Assembly: GCA_002418285.1 (NCBI GenBank)
Contig: DIDT01000057.1
Coordinates: 78,958-142,957, forward strand
Direction: 5' to 3'
From: Phycisphaerales bacterium UBA5793
GTDB lineage: Bacteria > Planctomycetota > Phycisphaerae > Phycisphaerales > UBA5793
Length of the DNA: 64,000 nucleotides
Part shown: one piece after another, positions 1 to 9,026 of the stretch
Layout: each line of letters starts with the position of its first letter
How positions within the stretch are numbered: position 1 is the first letter of the stretch
Translations under genes and position numbers: made by a program
Notes under the pieces: generated by a model
Told to the model about the DNA's origin: nothing
Seen by the model: the letters and a program-made list of their open reading frames with translations, nothing else
The model's database searches: none

Positions 1-36
1 GACGCAGCACCCGAAGCGCAGCGTCGTGCAGGTCGG

Positions 37-1188
37 TCAGGGGTCTCTGGAGGGATTGCGCGGTGCACGATCGATATCAATATCCATCTTCTGTCTGATG
101 TAGAAACTGTCCGGGAGAGCCGCCCATGACCAGAGCAGCGGCCGCTCTACCGGCTTTTCACCGGCATAGCCAACTGGAGGATAGTAGTGAAATGCCAGTG
201 GAATCCGTTCGTTGAGCGTGTCATCCGTGCCCAAGCCGGGCCACGGCGTATCGATGTCGCGAATCCGGCCGGGTGAGCCGTGAAGCTGCTCAAAATCGAC
301 GGACACCCACCCCGCACCGGGAACGAAAAACTCGGCCCAGGAGATGATTTCCCGAAGCCTGGAGTGCACATTCACACCGATGACGGGACGAGCCGGAAGC
401 CCCGCCGCCCGACAGACGGCGACGAACAGGCAGACTTCGTCGTGGACCGTTCCCAGTCGCGTCTGAGCTGCCTTGACCGCACCCGTTACTCGAATCCCCG
501 TGTGCACGCCTTCCTTCTCAGCCCATACGCCAAACTCACCCGGCTGGAACGCCCGAGTAACCTGTCGGGCCAACTCCTTGGCCAGCAGAAATGGCGGCAC
601 GGTTCTGGGTTCCCCGCGCGTCCACTCGTTCATCAGTTTCACGACCTGGTCGTCTGTCGATTCGATGTACATCTGCGGTAGCAGCGCCGCTCGCGCTTCG
701 TCAGGCCAGACATCGGGCCACGGCATCCGCTTGAGCACGGCCTCGTCAACCTTGGATGAGTACGCGGTCTCAAACTGCTGCACGATGAACAGCACGCGTT
801 TGTCCAGTTCCATCGGCACCTCGATGCGCGCCGCTGAGGTATCGAGCGAACCCATCGGGATGAACTCAAACTTCTTTTCGTAGTCCTTCTCCTGCAAGTA
901 AAGGACGATGAGATACTCGCCCGGCTTTGGCGTATCGATCTTGTGATACGCGCCTTCCTTGGGATAGGGAATAATAAGGGGAGCGCCCAGACCACCCGTG
1001 ACCTCAGGTTTCAGCCGATCATGTTTGACCTCGATCTCTCCAACCAGTTGGATCCGGTATCGCATGGGATCGGTCCGCTGAATCGCCTCGCTCCGTGGCG
1101 GTGAGGCGAGGGCTGAGCTCGCGCAGATTACCAGCGAGCTGGATGAAAGCAGCACTGCAGCTCGTCTGAGTGTCGCCGCCCGTTTCAT
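37..1188 (-). CDS. secreted transglutaminase-like superfamily protein (paralogue 1)
   Basis: 383-aa ORF with a signal-like N-terminus 'AAVLLSSSSLVICASSALA'. The core 'VCLFVAVCRAAGLPARPVIGVN...ISWAEFFVPGAGWVSVDF' has the transglutaminase-core layout. Motif recall only. Confidence 0.6.
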   Translation of the reverse strand: MKRAATLRRAAVLLSSSSLVICASSALASPPRSEAIQRTDPMRYRIQLVGEIEVKHDRLKPEVTGGLGAPLIIPYPKEGAYHKIDTPKPGEYLIVLYLQEKDYEKKFEFIPMGSLDTSAARIEVPMELDKRVLFIVQQFETAYSSKVDEAVLKRMPWPDVWPDEARAALLPQMYIESTDDQVVKLMNEWTRGEPRTVPPFLLAKELARQVTRAFQPGEFGVWAEKEGVHTGIRVTGAVKAAQTRLGTVHDEVCLFVAVCRAAGLPARPVIGVNVHSRLREIISWAEFFVPGAGWVSVDFEQLHGSPGRIRDIDTPWPGLGTDDTLNERIPLAFHYYPPVGYAGEKPVERPLLWSWAALPDSFYIRQKMDIDIDRAPRNPSRDP

Positions 1189-1242
1189 ACTCGTTACCTC
1201 CTTCCGCGCAATTCGCTTCGATGCCTCGCGCCGCTCAGCCCT

Positions 1243-2361
1243 CTACGGCTCCGACCCACCCCGCTTGGGAGCATGGTCCACCTCAATCTTCAGCGTCTGC
1301 AGAGGTTCGCGTCTGCCTCCGCGGCCGACTGGAACCGCGCTCCACGCCCAGAGCAGCGGTTCGGCCGGCTTGGAATCCGCGCGATGAATCACTGGCGCAT
1401 AGAAGAAGTACGCAAGCGCGATGCGCTCGTTGAGATGATCATCCGAAGCGAAGCCAGGCCACCTTCTGTTGATGTCATCCATCGAACCCGGGCTGCGATA
1501 GAGGCGACGGAAATCCACCGAAACCCACCCCGCCGTTGGCACAAAGTACTCGGCCCACGAAATCACTTCGGCATCCCGTGAGCCCGCGCCGATCCCGATC
1601 ACTGGTCGCGCCGGAAGCCCCGCCGCGCGACACGCCGCGACATAGAGACAGACTACGTCATTCATCGGCCCGCGCTTGGTTTCGATCGCCGCCAGCGCGC
1701 CATTGACCCGAATGGACGTGATGAGGCCTTTTTCTCCTTTGACGACCTCGCCGCCGCTGGGCTGGTAGAAGCGAACCACCTGACGCGCGAGTTCCTTGCC
1801 GAGGTAGTACGGCGAAACTGATTTGGGTTTGCCGGCCGTCCATGCGTTCATCACGTCCACCACGCGCTGGTCGACCGACTCGATGTACAGTTGTGGTCGC
1901 AAGGTGTCAGCCGCTTCGAGCGGCCACGTGTCGGGCCAGTCCAGCAGCGCCAGTGCGCCCTCGTCGACTTGTGCCGAGTAAGCCGTCACGTACTCCGTCA
2001 TTCTGAATCCTGTGTCGCTGGACTCGTGTCCAACGCGGCGGATCATCGCATAGCTGCCAAACGGCGCAAAGTCGATGACTTCGTGCTCCCACGTTGACTG
2101 ATGTCGTTCGAAAGGTATGCTGCTGACCAGTTCTTTGATTCGCGTGAGGTCAACCTGGTGATAGGCGCCGTCCTTGACGAAGGGCATGTACAGGGTCTTG
2201 CGACCGAGAGTCCGGATCGACACATCCATCTGCACGCGATACTCAACCGGATCCACGCGCTGAATTGCCTCGCTCAGGGGCGGCGCCGCAACAGTCCCGC
2301 TCAGCACAGACACCAGCGCACCGATAGTCGCGGTCAACATACGCTGGCCCCTTCTGCGCAA
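1243..2361 (-). CDS. secreted transglutaminase-like superfamily protein (paralogue 2)
   Basis: 372-aa ORF, 54 nt downstream-adjacent to paralogue 1. It has the same blocks: 'SEAIQRVDP', 'VCLYVAACRAAGLPARPVIGIG', 'ISWAEYFVPTAGWVSVDF'. Confidence 0.6.
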   Translation of the reverse strand: MRRRGQRMLTATIGALVSVLSGTVAAPPLSEAIQRVDPVEYRVQMDVSIRTLGRKTLYMPFVKDGAYHQVDLTRIKELVSSIPFERHQSTWEHEVIDFAPFGSYAMIRRVGHESSDTGFRMTEYVTAYSAQVDEGALALLDWPDTWPLEAADTLRPQLYIESVDQRVVDVMNAWTAGKPKSVSPYYLGKELARQVVRFYQPSGGEVVKGEKGLITSIRVNGALAAIETKRGPMNDVVCLYVAACRAAGLPARPVIGIGAGSRDAEVISWAEYFVPTAGWVSVDFRRLYRSPGSMDDINRRWPGFASDDHLNERIALAYFFYAPVIHRADSKPAEPLLWAWSAVPVGRGGRREPLQTLKIEVDHAPKRGGSEP

Positions 2362-2386
2362 GCCCGATCCCGACCGAAACCGGCGA

Positions 2387-2821
2387 TCACGGCTTGTACA
2401 AGTACTGCTCGAGGTACTGGATGGTCTCGATGTGGATCTCGTCCTGGACGATGTTCAGATCGCCCAGTGACATGATGCCCACGAGTCGTCCATCCTCGAC
2501 CACTGGCATGTGACGAATCTTCTTGCTGCGCATCAGCGTGCGCACCTCGTCGAGCGTGGTCTTGATTGTGCAGTAGGCAACGGCGGTCGTCATGACTTCG
2601 CGCACGCGCGTGGTACTCGCATCGCGACCCTCGGCCACGACACGGCCCATCACATCGCGCTCGGTGAAGACCCCCGCAATCTCGCCCTCGTTCTTGACGA
2701 CCATCACGGCGCCGATGTGATGATCGCTCATCAACTTCGCTGCTTCCTTCACGGTCGCGTCCGGCGTGGTGGTGATGACCTTGGATCCCTTGCGTTCGAG
2801 CAATTGGCTTACGGTGCGCAT
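2387..2821 (-). CDS. CBS-pair domain protein
   Basis: Start moved to the internal ATG (cat at 2819-2821), giving 'MRTVSQLL'. Two CBS motifs are present: 'HHIGAVMVV..GEIAGVFTERDV' and 'IRHMPVVEDGRLVGIMSLGDL'. Confidence 0.75.
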   Translation of the reverse strand: MRTVSQLLERKGSKVITTTPDATVKEAAKLMSDHHIGAVMVVKNEGEIAGVFTERDVMGRVVAEGRDASTTRVREVMTTAVAYCTIKTTLDEVRTLMRSKKIRHMPVVEDGRLVGIMSLGDLNIVQDEIHIETIQYLEQYLYKP

Positions 2822-3033
2822 CGACGGGCCCCCTTTGAACCATCGGAGTGTCGTCGCTGGTAGTATGCAGCATTTTACGCCCGATCGCAAGTCCGCACAG
2901 GCCGAATGTGGATAACCGGGATCATCCCCCGCACCGTCACTGGATGCGGATTCGCCCGTTTCTGGTCTGAATTCCACAACTTTGACGCACTTGCAGGGCG
3001 ACTATTCCGGGGCGGCAGGTACCGAAAAAGAAC

Positions 3034-4587
3034 CTACTCGATGCGGTGGGCGGGCGGCGGCGTCTCTTCGTTCATCTTTTCACGATCTATCCCGTCGGTG
3101 CCGCGGCAGGTCAGTAGCGTCAGTTCCTCGTTCACCCGCAGCTGCAGGTGCACCGGCCGCTTCCACATCACCTGAATCGCGCGCATCACCTCCGTCGCTC
3201 GCGCCGCATCGACTTCCAGCCCATTCCACTGGTGGGCCAGGTACAACTCGCCGCGATTGCGGTAGTTTGCATCCACCACGTAGATGAACGGCTGACCCAT
3301 GTTGCTGATGCGATAGAGAAGTGTCTGCCGCACGACGCGAGGGTCGCGGCTGACGATCACGTTTTCACCTGTATGTGGGTCGCGGCGATACTGGTAGAGA
3401 TTCAGCCGGTCAATCAATTCGTCGGTGAGAAACTCATCAATGAAGTTGACATCGTTGTAGATGCGACGAACTTCAAAGATCTTCTCGCGCCCCTTGTTCG
3501 ACTTGTCATCGAATCGCTGTTTGTCGCCGATGCCTTCCAGCGCTTCCCACGCCGGGCCATGGCGACCCGTGTTCCAGCGCTCTTCAATGTCCTTGTAAAT
3601 CTCGACGCCGATCTTGTAGGGGTTGAATCCGCCGGGCCCCATGTAGACCACTCCGCTGTGCTGTTCGGCGTAGTCGATGATTTCCGTCGTGTCGAGCAGG
3701 TGCGAGGTCATGATCTTGCTATGCCAGTACGTGGCCCAGCCTTCGTTCATGATCTTGGTCATCGCCTGGGGGGCGAAGTAGTACGCTTCATCGCGGATCA
3801 GGCCGAGAATGTCACGCTGCCATTCCTCAAGGGGCGCATTTCGCAGCAGAAAGAGCAGGACATCGCGTGTCGGCTCGAGCGGAAACTTGCGCTTTGCGGC
3901 GGCTTCGGTCTCTCGCCGTCGCGCCTGCTCTTCTGCGATCTTCTCGGGCGGATTGATAAACCGATCCATGTAGTCCTTGGCCGGCAGCTTGACGCCATCT
4001 CCTTCGTCGCCCGCCGCTGCCGGTTCATCCATCTGCCCCGCTGCACGCCGATCGCCTTCGCGCGTCACCCACATCGACAGCGGATCGATGAGATACTCGA
4101 TGCTCAGGCACGAATCGATGAACCGCTCGACATGGTCCAGTCCATGCCGGTCGATCAGCCGTTGCACGCGCGTGGCGTGGTTGGCCATCTCATCCATCAT
4201 GTTGCGGTGCGTCTTGCCGAACCACGCATTGCACTTGAAGAAGTCGCAGTGGGCGTAGACGTGCGCCATGACCAGTTTCTGATCGGTAACAGAATTGCTC
4301 TCCTGGAGGTAGGCATAGCAGGGGTCGTTGTTGATGACCATCTCGTAGATGCGCCCCATGCCGTAGGTATCGCGCTTGCGGAGCTTTTCGTACTCCATGC
4401 CCCAGTGCCAATGCGGGTAGCGGATGGGGAATCCGCCGTAGGTCGCGAGCTGGTTCATCGTGTCGAAATCGACGACCTCGAAGACGGTCTCAAAGAAGTC
4501 CAAGCCGTATTCGGCGGCGCGGGCGCGGGCCTCAGCCTGCCAGGCGCGGAGTTCGGGCGGAAGATCGGTGGAGGTTCGAATCGGCAC
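3034..4587 (-). CDS. spoVR: SpoVR/YcgB family protein
   Basis: 517 aa. 'YGGFPIRYPHWHWGMEYEKL' and 'EGWATYWHSKIM' are hallmark SpoVR-family segments. Confidence 0.8.
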   Translation of the reverse strand: MPIRTSTDLPPELRAWQAEARARAAEYGLDFFETVFEVVDFDTMNQLATYGGFPIRYPHWHWGMEYEKLRKRDTYGMGRIYEMVINNDPCYAYLQESNSVTDQKLVMAHVYAHCDFFKCNAWFGKTHRNMMDEMANHATRVQRLIDRHGLDHVERFIDSCLSIEYLIDPLSMWVTREGDRRAAGQMDEPAAAGDEGDGVKLPAKDYMDRFINPPEKIAEEQARRRETEAAAKRKFPLEPTRDVLLFLLRNAPLEEWQRDILGLIRDEAYYFAPQAMTKIMNEGWATYWHSKIMTSHLLDTTEIIDYAEQHSGVVYMGPGGFNPYKIGVEIYKDIEERWNTGRHGPAWEALEGIGDKQRFDDKSNKGREKIFEVRRIYNDVNFIDEFLTDELIDRLNLYQYRRDPHTGENVIVSRDPRVVRQTLLYRISNMGQPFIYVVDANYRNRGELYLAHQWNGLEVDAARATEVMRAIQVMWKRPVHLQLRVNEELTLLTCRGTDGIDREKMNEETPPPAHRIE

Positions 4588-4715
4588 GCTTAACGGTATC
4601 GGACGAAAGGCCGTCGGGTTCGAACAAATCTCGCGAGCGAATCACGAACTTGAATCTCCTGTTTTGCCGCGACCCGAAGGCTCGGCGCAAGGGAGCGCGC
4701 CACGGGAACGCCGAA

Positions 4716-5084
4716 TCAATCCTCGGACTCATCACACTCAGGCGGCTCCGCCACCAGCGGGGCCAATTGGGCAACCAATCGCGGCACCTCGACCGTCGCC
4801 ACGCGCCACAATCGATTGTGCTCCAGAAAGAAGTGACCGTGTGCGATGACGTTGCGTTGCTGCACGATCTCCCGCCACGGAATCTCACCATGCTGCTGCT
4901 TGAACTCATCAGAGAGGGAACGTACCGCCTCCCCGATGACCTCGATGCATCGCTCGACGGCAATCTGTTTCACCTCATCGGCACTGTACTGTTCCCATGC
5001 GGTATCTTTGAGCAACCGACCAAGACGCTCGCCCCACTGGACGATGTCCCAGACGCGCGCCATGTCGCTCTCTTCAGGCCGCAT
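4716..5084 (-). CDS. hepT: HepT-like HEPN (DUF86) toxin
   Basis: 122 aa with DUF86 layout and Rx4H motif 'RNVIAHGH'. It overlaps the upstream nucleotidyltransferase ORF by 11 nt. An alternative ATG lies at 5063. Confidence 0.65.
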   Translation of the reverse strand: MRPEESDMARVWDIVQWGERLGRLLKDTAWEQYSADEVKQIAVERCIEVIGEAVRSLSDEFKQQHGEIPWREIVQQRNVIAHGHFFLEHNRLWRVATVEVPRLVAQLAPLVAEPPECDESED

Positions 5085-5394
5085 GCCGATGAATGACCTG
5101 CCGATTGGCGAGAATATGCTGCCGCCGGTAGGGGTTCACCACGGACCGCTTTTCGACCAGATCAACCGGCCTCCCGAAAACCGCCGCGAGTTGTTCGCTC
5201 ATCGCGCCCCAGTCCCAGTAGGTCCAGGGCGCGCCATCTTCGAAGACCACGAGCACATCGACATCGCTGTCTGCGCGGAAGTCATCCCGCAAAACCGAAC
5301 CGAAAAGTGACAGTTCCGTCACCTTCCACCTCTGGCAAAAATCAGCAATGGCTTGCTCGTCAAACTGGAGGTTTTTGCAACCGTGGTGTATCAC
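5074..5394 (-). CDS. mntA: MntA-like minimal nucleotidyltransferase antitoxin
   Basis: 106 aa. 'GSVLRDDFRADSDVDVLVVF' fits the GSx10DxD nucleotidyltransferase motif. The gene order (MNT upstream of HEPN) is typical. Confidence 0.7.
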   Translation of the reverse strand: MIHHGCKNLQFDEQAIADFCQRWKVTELSLFGSVLRDDFRADSDVDVLVVFEDGAPWTYWDWGAMSEQLAAVFGRPVDLVEKRSVVNPYRRQHILANRQVIHRHAA

Positions 5395-5494
5395 AGTTCT
5401 CGAAATCTCCTGGAGAATGATACCTCTGCAAAAGGCCGCGAGTCATACTTCGAAGTGGCACTTTCGAGCGGGTCCGTTCGGATTGCAATCCAAT

Positions 5495-6088
5495 CTACCC
5501 CTTCACCCGACCGACAATGCGAAACGGACTCAGCCACACCGCCGTACAGTATGGGCATCGGACCATCTCGGAAATCCGATCCTTGACTTCCCACGCATCG
5601 TCACAACTCGGGCACTGAACCCAATTATCCTGCAAGTGAGCGGCCAATTGCCGCGCCGGATCATCTACGAACTCAAGATCCATCAGTTCGCGATAATGCT
5701 TGAAGGCGGCAACGGCACTTGCTTCTCCGTCAATCAGATCTTCGAGATACCCCTGATCCGCCGCGCAGGGAGGAATGAGCATCGCCGCGACCCCCGCGCT
5801 GCCCGGCTTCGCCCAGACACTCGGCATCCAATACCTTGATGGTCGAGGGTCTGTCGTCTGGAACAACGCGGCCGGATACCACGTGGGAAATCGCCAGAAC
5901 TCCGAATCGGCAATGTAGTAGCCGTCCAATCCTTCCCACCGATCCAAGCCGTAAACAGCATAGTTCAACCCGCGCTCAAGGCAGGGGCAGTCGCTCATTC
6001 CCAGGTCAGCGATGCACTCAATTGCCTTCGCATCCAAGTGAGATCGCAGTTCTTCCGTCAGCCCGGGATGGGTGCATTTCACACGCAT
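5495..6088 (-). CDS. hypothetical Cys-rich protein with C-terminal zinc-ribbon-like CxxC...CxxC
   Basis: 197-aa ORF with no recognised family. The C-terminus carries 'CPSCDDAWEVKDRISEMVRCPYC'. The start is uncertain. Confidence 0.45.
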   Translation of the reverse strand: MRVKCTHPGLTEELRSHLDAKAIECIADLGMSDCPCLERGLNYAVYGLDRWEGLDGYYIADSEFWRFPTWYPAALFQTTDPRPSRYWMPSVWAKPGSAGVAAMLIPPCAADQGYLEDLIDGEASAVAAFKHYRELMDLEFVDDPARQLAAHLQDNWVQCPSCDDAWEVKDRISEMVRCPYCTAVWLSPFRIVGRVKG

Positions 6089-6138
6089 TTATGGTCATTA
6101 CCTGTCTTCCGCGACTCGCAAGCAATCATCGCGAGCGT

Positions 6139-7317
6139 TCACTTCTTCGGCAGCACAAAAATCCCGTTCACCGTGTCCTTCGTGAACCCGATGATGTTGG
6201 CGCGCCTTGAGTTCGGCAGGATCTGGACATCGAAGAGTTCCTCGCATCCGGCTTCGAACTGGATAAACGCGACGACCTTGCCGGCGTCGAGATCGACGAC
6301 CTGGATGCCGCACTGCAGTTCAGTTTTGTGCTCCTCGATGGGCAGGCCGCCGAACATGCGCTTCTCGCGAGCTTTTGACAGGCCCACGAATGCGAACCGG
6401 TCGTAGAACGCCAGGCCGCGCGCATAGCCTGGCAGTTGCACTACAGTCTGCCGCCGACCCGTCTCCGGATCAACGTACTGCAACTCGGCGCGGCCGGATT
6501 CGAGCACCCAGATGCGATCGCGATAGACCCGCGGTGAATGCGGCATGGCCATGTCGCGCGCGACGACTTCACCGCTGATCACGTCGATGATGCTTCCGCC
6601 GTCTGTCTTGTGGTCCCGCCATCCCTGGGCGGTGTCGCTGCGCGCCAGCATCGTCACGTAGCGCGGCCGGCCATCGACCATCGCCATGCCGTTGAGATGG
6701 CAGCGATCCTCGGGCGCCAGCCTGGTCACGAACTCCGGCTTCCAACGCGGCACAAATGAGAACTGCTGATCCAGCGTCGCCAGGCAGGAGAAGCGTGTGT
6801 TGACCACCCACAATGAGCGGAACAGGTCGTCTCTGCTCGCTTCCGAGTCATCGACATCCGGATTCACGCCCCACGCCGCCTCGTGGCCAGCAATATCGCC
6901 AGTCACGTGCATACGGCGAGGCACGTAGAACACGTCATACTCGGGCCGCTTGCCCTCCTGATCGATCAGATCGGCCTGATTGACGAGATGCAGCACCTGG
7001 TTGTTGCACACCAGCGCCATGCGATCGGCGTTGACGGCCATGCCCATCGGATGGTTGAACGCACGAAGCAACAACGAACACCGCCCGCCGTTACCGGAAA
7101 AAGAGAGCACGCGCCCGGCCTGGAACGTGGTCGCCATGACCGTGATGTTGAGATGTTCGAGCAGGTCGGGCAGGTTGGCGCTGTGGAGGTACCTGAATGC
7201 AGGCGCCTTGCTTTCCGCCGACGCGTTCGTCGCGCCGCCCGTCCTAGCCGGCGGTGCCGAATCACTGGTGGCGAGAGCCTCGTCATTGTCTACGTCGATC
7301 TGATCTGAATCACTCAT
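6139..7317 (-). CDS. DUF4915 / TIGR03032-family protein (tentative)
   Basis: 392 aa. The blocks 'TTFQAGRVLSF', 'VVNTRFSCLATLD', 'PEDRCHLNGMA' and 'MPHSPRVY' resemble conserved blocks of that family, from memory only. Confidence 0.55.
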   Translation of the reverse strand: MSDSDQIDVDNDEALATSDSAPPARTGGATNASAESKAPAFRYLHSANLPDLLEHLNITVMATTFQAGRVLSFSGNGGRCSLLLRAFNHPMGMAVNADRMALVCNNQVLHLVNQADLIDQEGKRPEYDVFYVPRRMHVTGDIAGHEAAWGVNPDVDDSEASRDDLFRSLWVVNTRFSCLATLDQQFSFVPRWKPEFVTRLAPEDRCHLNGMAMVDGRPRYVTMLARSDTAQGWRDHKTDGGSIIDVISGEVVARDMAMPHSPRVYRDRIWVLESGRAELQYVDPETGRRQTVVQLPGYARGLAFYDRFAFVGLSKAREKRMFGGLPIEEHKTELQCGIQVVDLDAGKVVAFIQFEAGCEELFDVQILPNSRRANIIGFTKDTVNGIFVLPKK

Positions 7318-7394
7318 GATACTCTGAGTCTATCGACCGCGCGGCCGACTGCCGAGTGGGAAGGCGAGCCTGAAAACGACGCACACGCTTGAAT

Positions 7395-8975
7395 TCACTC
7401 CGTAATCCGCGCCGTTCGGAACGGCGTCTTGACGGAGTCGGCTCCACCGGGACCGCGCCGGATGACGGCCTGTGTCGTAATGGAACGCAGTGGTGCATTG
7501 ACAGGAATCAGCATTCGAACCGCGGCACGCCCCTCCTGGTCGGCGACTGCGGCGCCGAATTGGGAGAATGGCTCGACCAGATTCAGCGTTATGCCGCCGA
7601 TGAGGCGGTAGCCGCGCGAAAACCCGGCTCGCCCAATGCCGAATAGGAAGTTCACGCGGTCGCCCGGCTGGGCTCCGGTGACAGAAAACTCGGCTTCCTG
7701 GCCGCGCATGAGTGCCGTGTGCTCATATCCTGGTCCGACGAGCACTGTCGTGTTGTTCAGGATCGCGAGTCCCTCAGTCCCACTGCGAACCAAATCCAAT
7801 TGTCCATCTCCGCTGAGGTCGGCACTCAGCACGCCGCCGCCCCCGACCGCGCTCGGCAGGGGGTCGAGTTGTGTGAACTCCCAGCGACCCTCGTTTGCGA
7901 AGACATCGATAGAGTCATCGACTGCACTCTCATCTGCAAATGCAATATCCAATCGACCGTTCGTGTTGAAGTCACCCATCACGGCTCGGCAGTGACCGCC
8001 TTCGCCGATGAGGTACGTCGCCGCGATCCGAAGCGTCTCGCCGCGACGATTCTCCAACAGGCACATCACGTTCGGACTCCGCTGCTGTTCCTGCCAACCC
8101 GTCACAAGCAAGTCCAGATCTCCATCGCCGTCGAGATCGCCGGTGACCAAATCCGAAGCGAGAATGTCGTCGTCCTGCCATGGCAGGCGCGTCACCGCCG
8201 AAAGCTGGAACTGTGTATCTCCAACGTTATTCAGCAGCACCGCAAGCGTATCCCGGACGCGGTAGTACCCCTGCATGTCGATGAAAAGATCCTGAACAAT
8301 CAGAGCAATATCGAGGTCTTCGTCGCCATCCACGTCTTCTACTTGGATCCGCCTGATGCTCCCGACATGTGGAATCGAAACGAGAGACTGGTACTCGAAC
8401 GTTCGATTGCCTTGATTGACATAGGAGTTGATGCTCTGGGCGTGAGATGTCACAACCATATCAAGCAGGCCGTCTCCGGAGATGTCCACGAGCGCAAAGT
8501 CGCCAAGGTATCCGCCGCGGCGATCCAACTGGACAATCGTGCCGTTGATTCCATCCCCGCTGTTGTACCAGGTTGTCACGACGGACCCGAGTTGCTGTTC
8601 ATAATCCAGCCAACTCAGGTCAACATGACCGTCGTGATCCAGATCAGCAGCGACGATCCGTTTTGGAGGTCCGGTGTATGGCGGCTCACCGTAGTACGGG
8701 AATTCTGCCGATTGCGTCAGCCCTCCCACTCCGTCGTTGAGGCACAGTTTGATCACGCCGTCGGCAAGCACCGCCACGTCCATCTGTCCATCACCATCGA
8801 AATCTTCCCAGTCCATCGGGAATGACAGGCCATCCGAAGGAGAAACGGCTGGCTCGCCGAATGCAATCGGCTGCGCCAGCGCGCTCGATCCGCCGAGATA
8901 CGCGATTGCGAGCAGCGTCAATAAGGCGATGCGTTGGAGTCGCTCGCTTCGACCGGACAGGTTCAAGTGCATCAT
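7395..8975 (-). CDS. secreted FG-GAP/VCBS repeat beta-propeller protein (paralogue 1)
   Basis: 526 aa with a signal peptide. Repeated Ca-loop motifs include 'DFDGDGQMDVAV', 'DLDHDGHVDL', 'DISGDGLLDMVV', 'GDLDGDGDLDLLV' and 'DLSGDGQLDLV'. The conserved C-terminal tail is 'QAVIRRGPGGADSVKTPFRTARITE'. Confidence 0.75.
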   Translation of the reverse strand: MMHLNLSGRSERLQRIALLTLLAIAYLGGSSALAQPIAFGEPAVSPSDGLSFPMDWEDFDGDGQMDVAVLADGVIKLCLNDGVGGLTQSAEFPYYGEPPYTGPPKRIVAADLDHDGHVDLSWLDYEQQLGSVVTTWYNSGDGINGTIVQLDRRGGYLGDFALVDISGDGLLDMVVTSHAQSINSYVNQGNRTFEYQSLVSIPHVGSIRRIQVEDVDGDEDLDIALIVQDLFIDMQGYYRVRDTLAVLLNNVGDTQFQLSAVTRLPWQDDDILASDLVTGDLDGDGDLDLLVTGWQEQQRSPNVMCLLENRRGETLRIAATYLIGEGGHCRAVMGDFNTNGRLDIAFADESAVDDSIDVFANEGRWEFTQLDPLPSAVGGGGVLSADLSGDGQLDLVRSGTEGLAILNNTTVLVGPGYEHTALMRGQEAEFSVTGAQPGDRVNFLFGIGRAGFSRGYRLIGGITLNLVEPFSQFGAAVADQEGRAAVRMLIPVNAPLRSITTQAVIRRGPGGADSVKTPFRTARITE

Positions 8976-9026
8976 CTTGTGTCTCCTCTCGGTTCGACAT
9001 TCGCGGATCCAGAGTCTCAGCGATCA

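Noticed and set aside
3148-4593. 481-aa plus-strand ORF
   Set aside because: It is entirely antisense to the well-supported spoVR gene. The composition is His/Arg/Val-rich and shadow-like, and no motif is recognisable.
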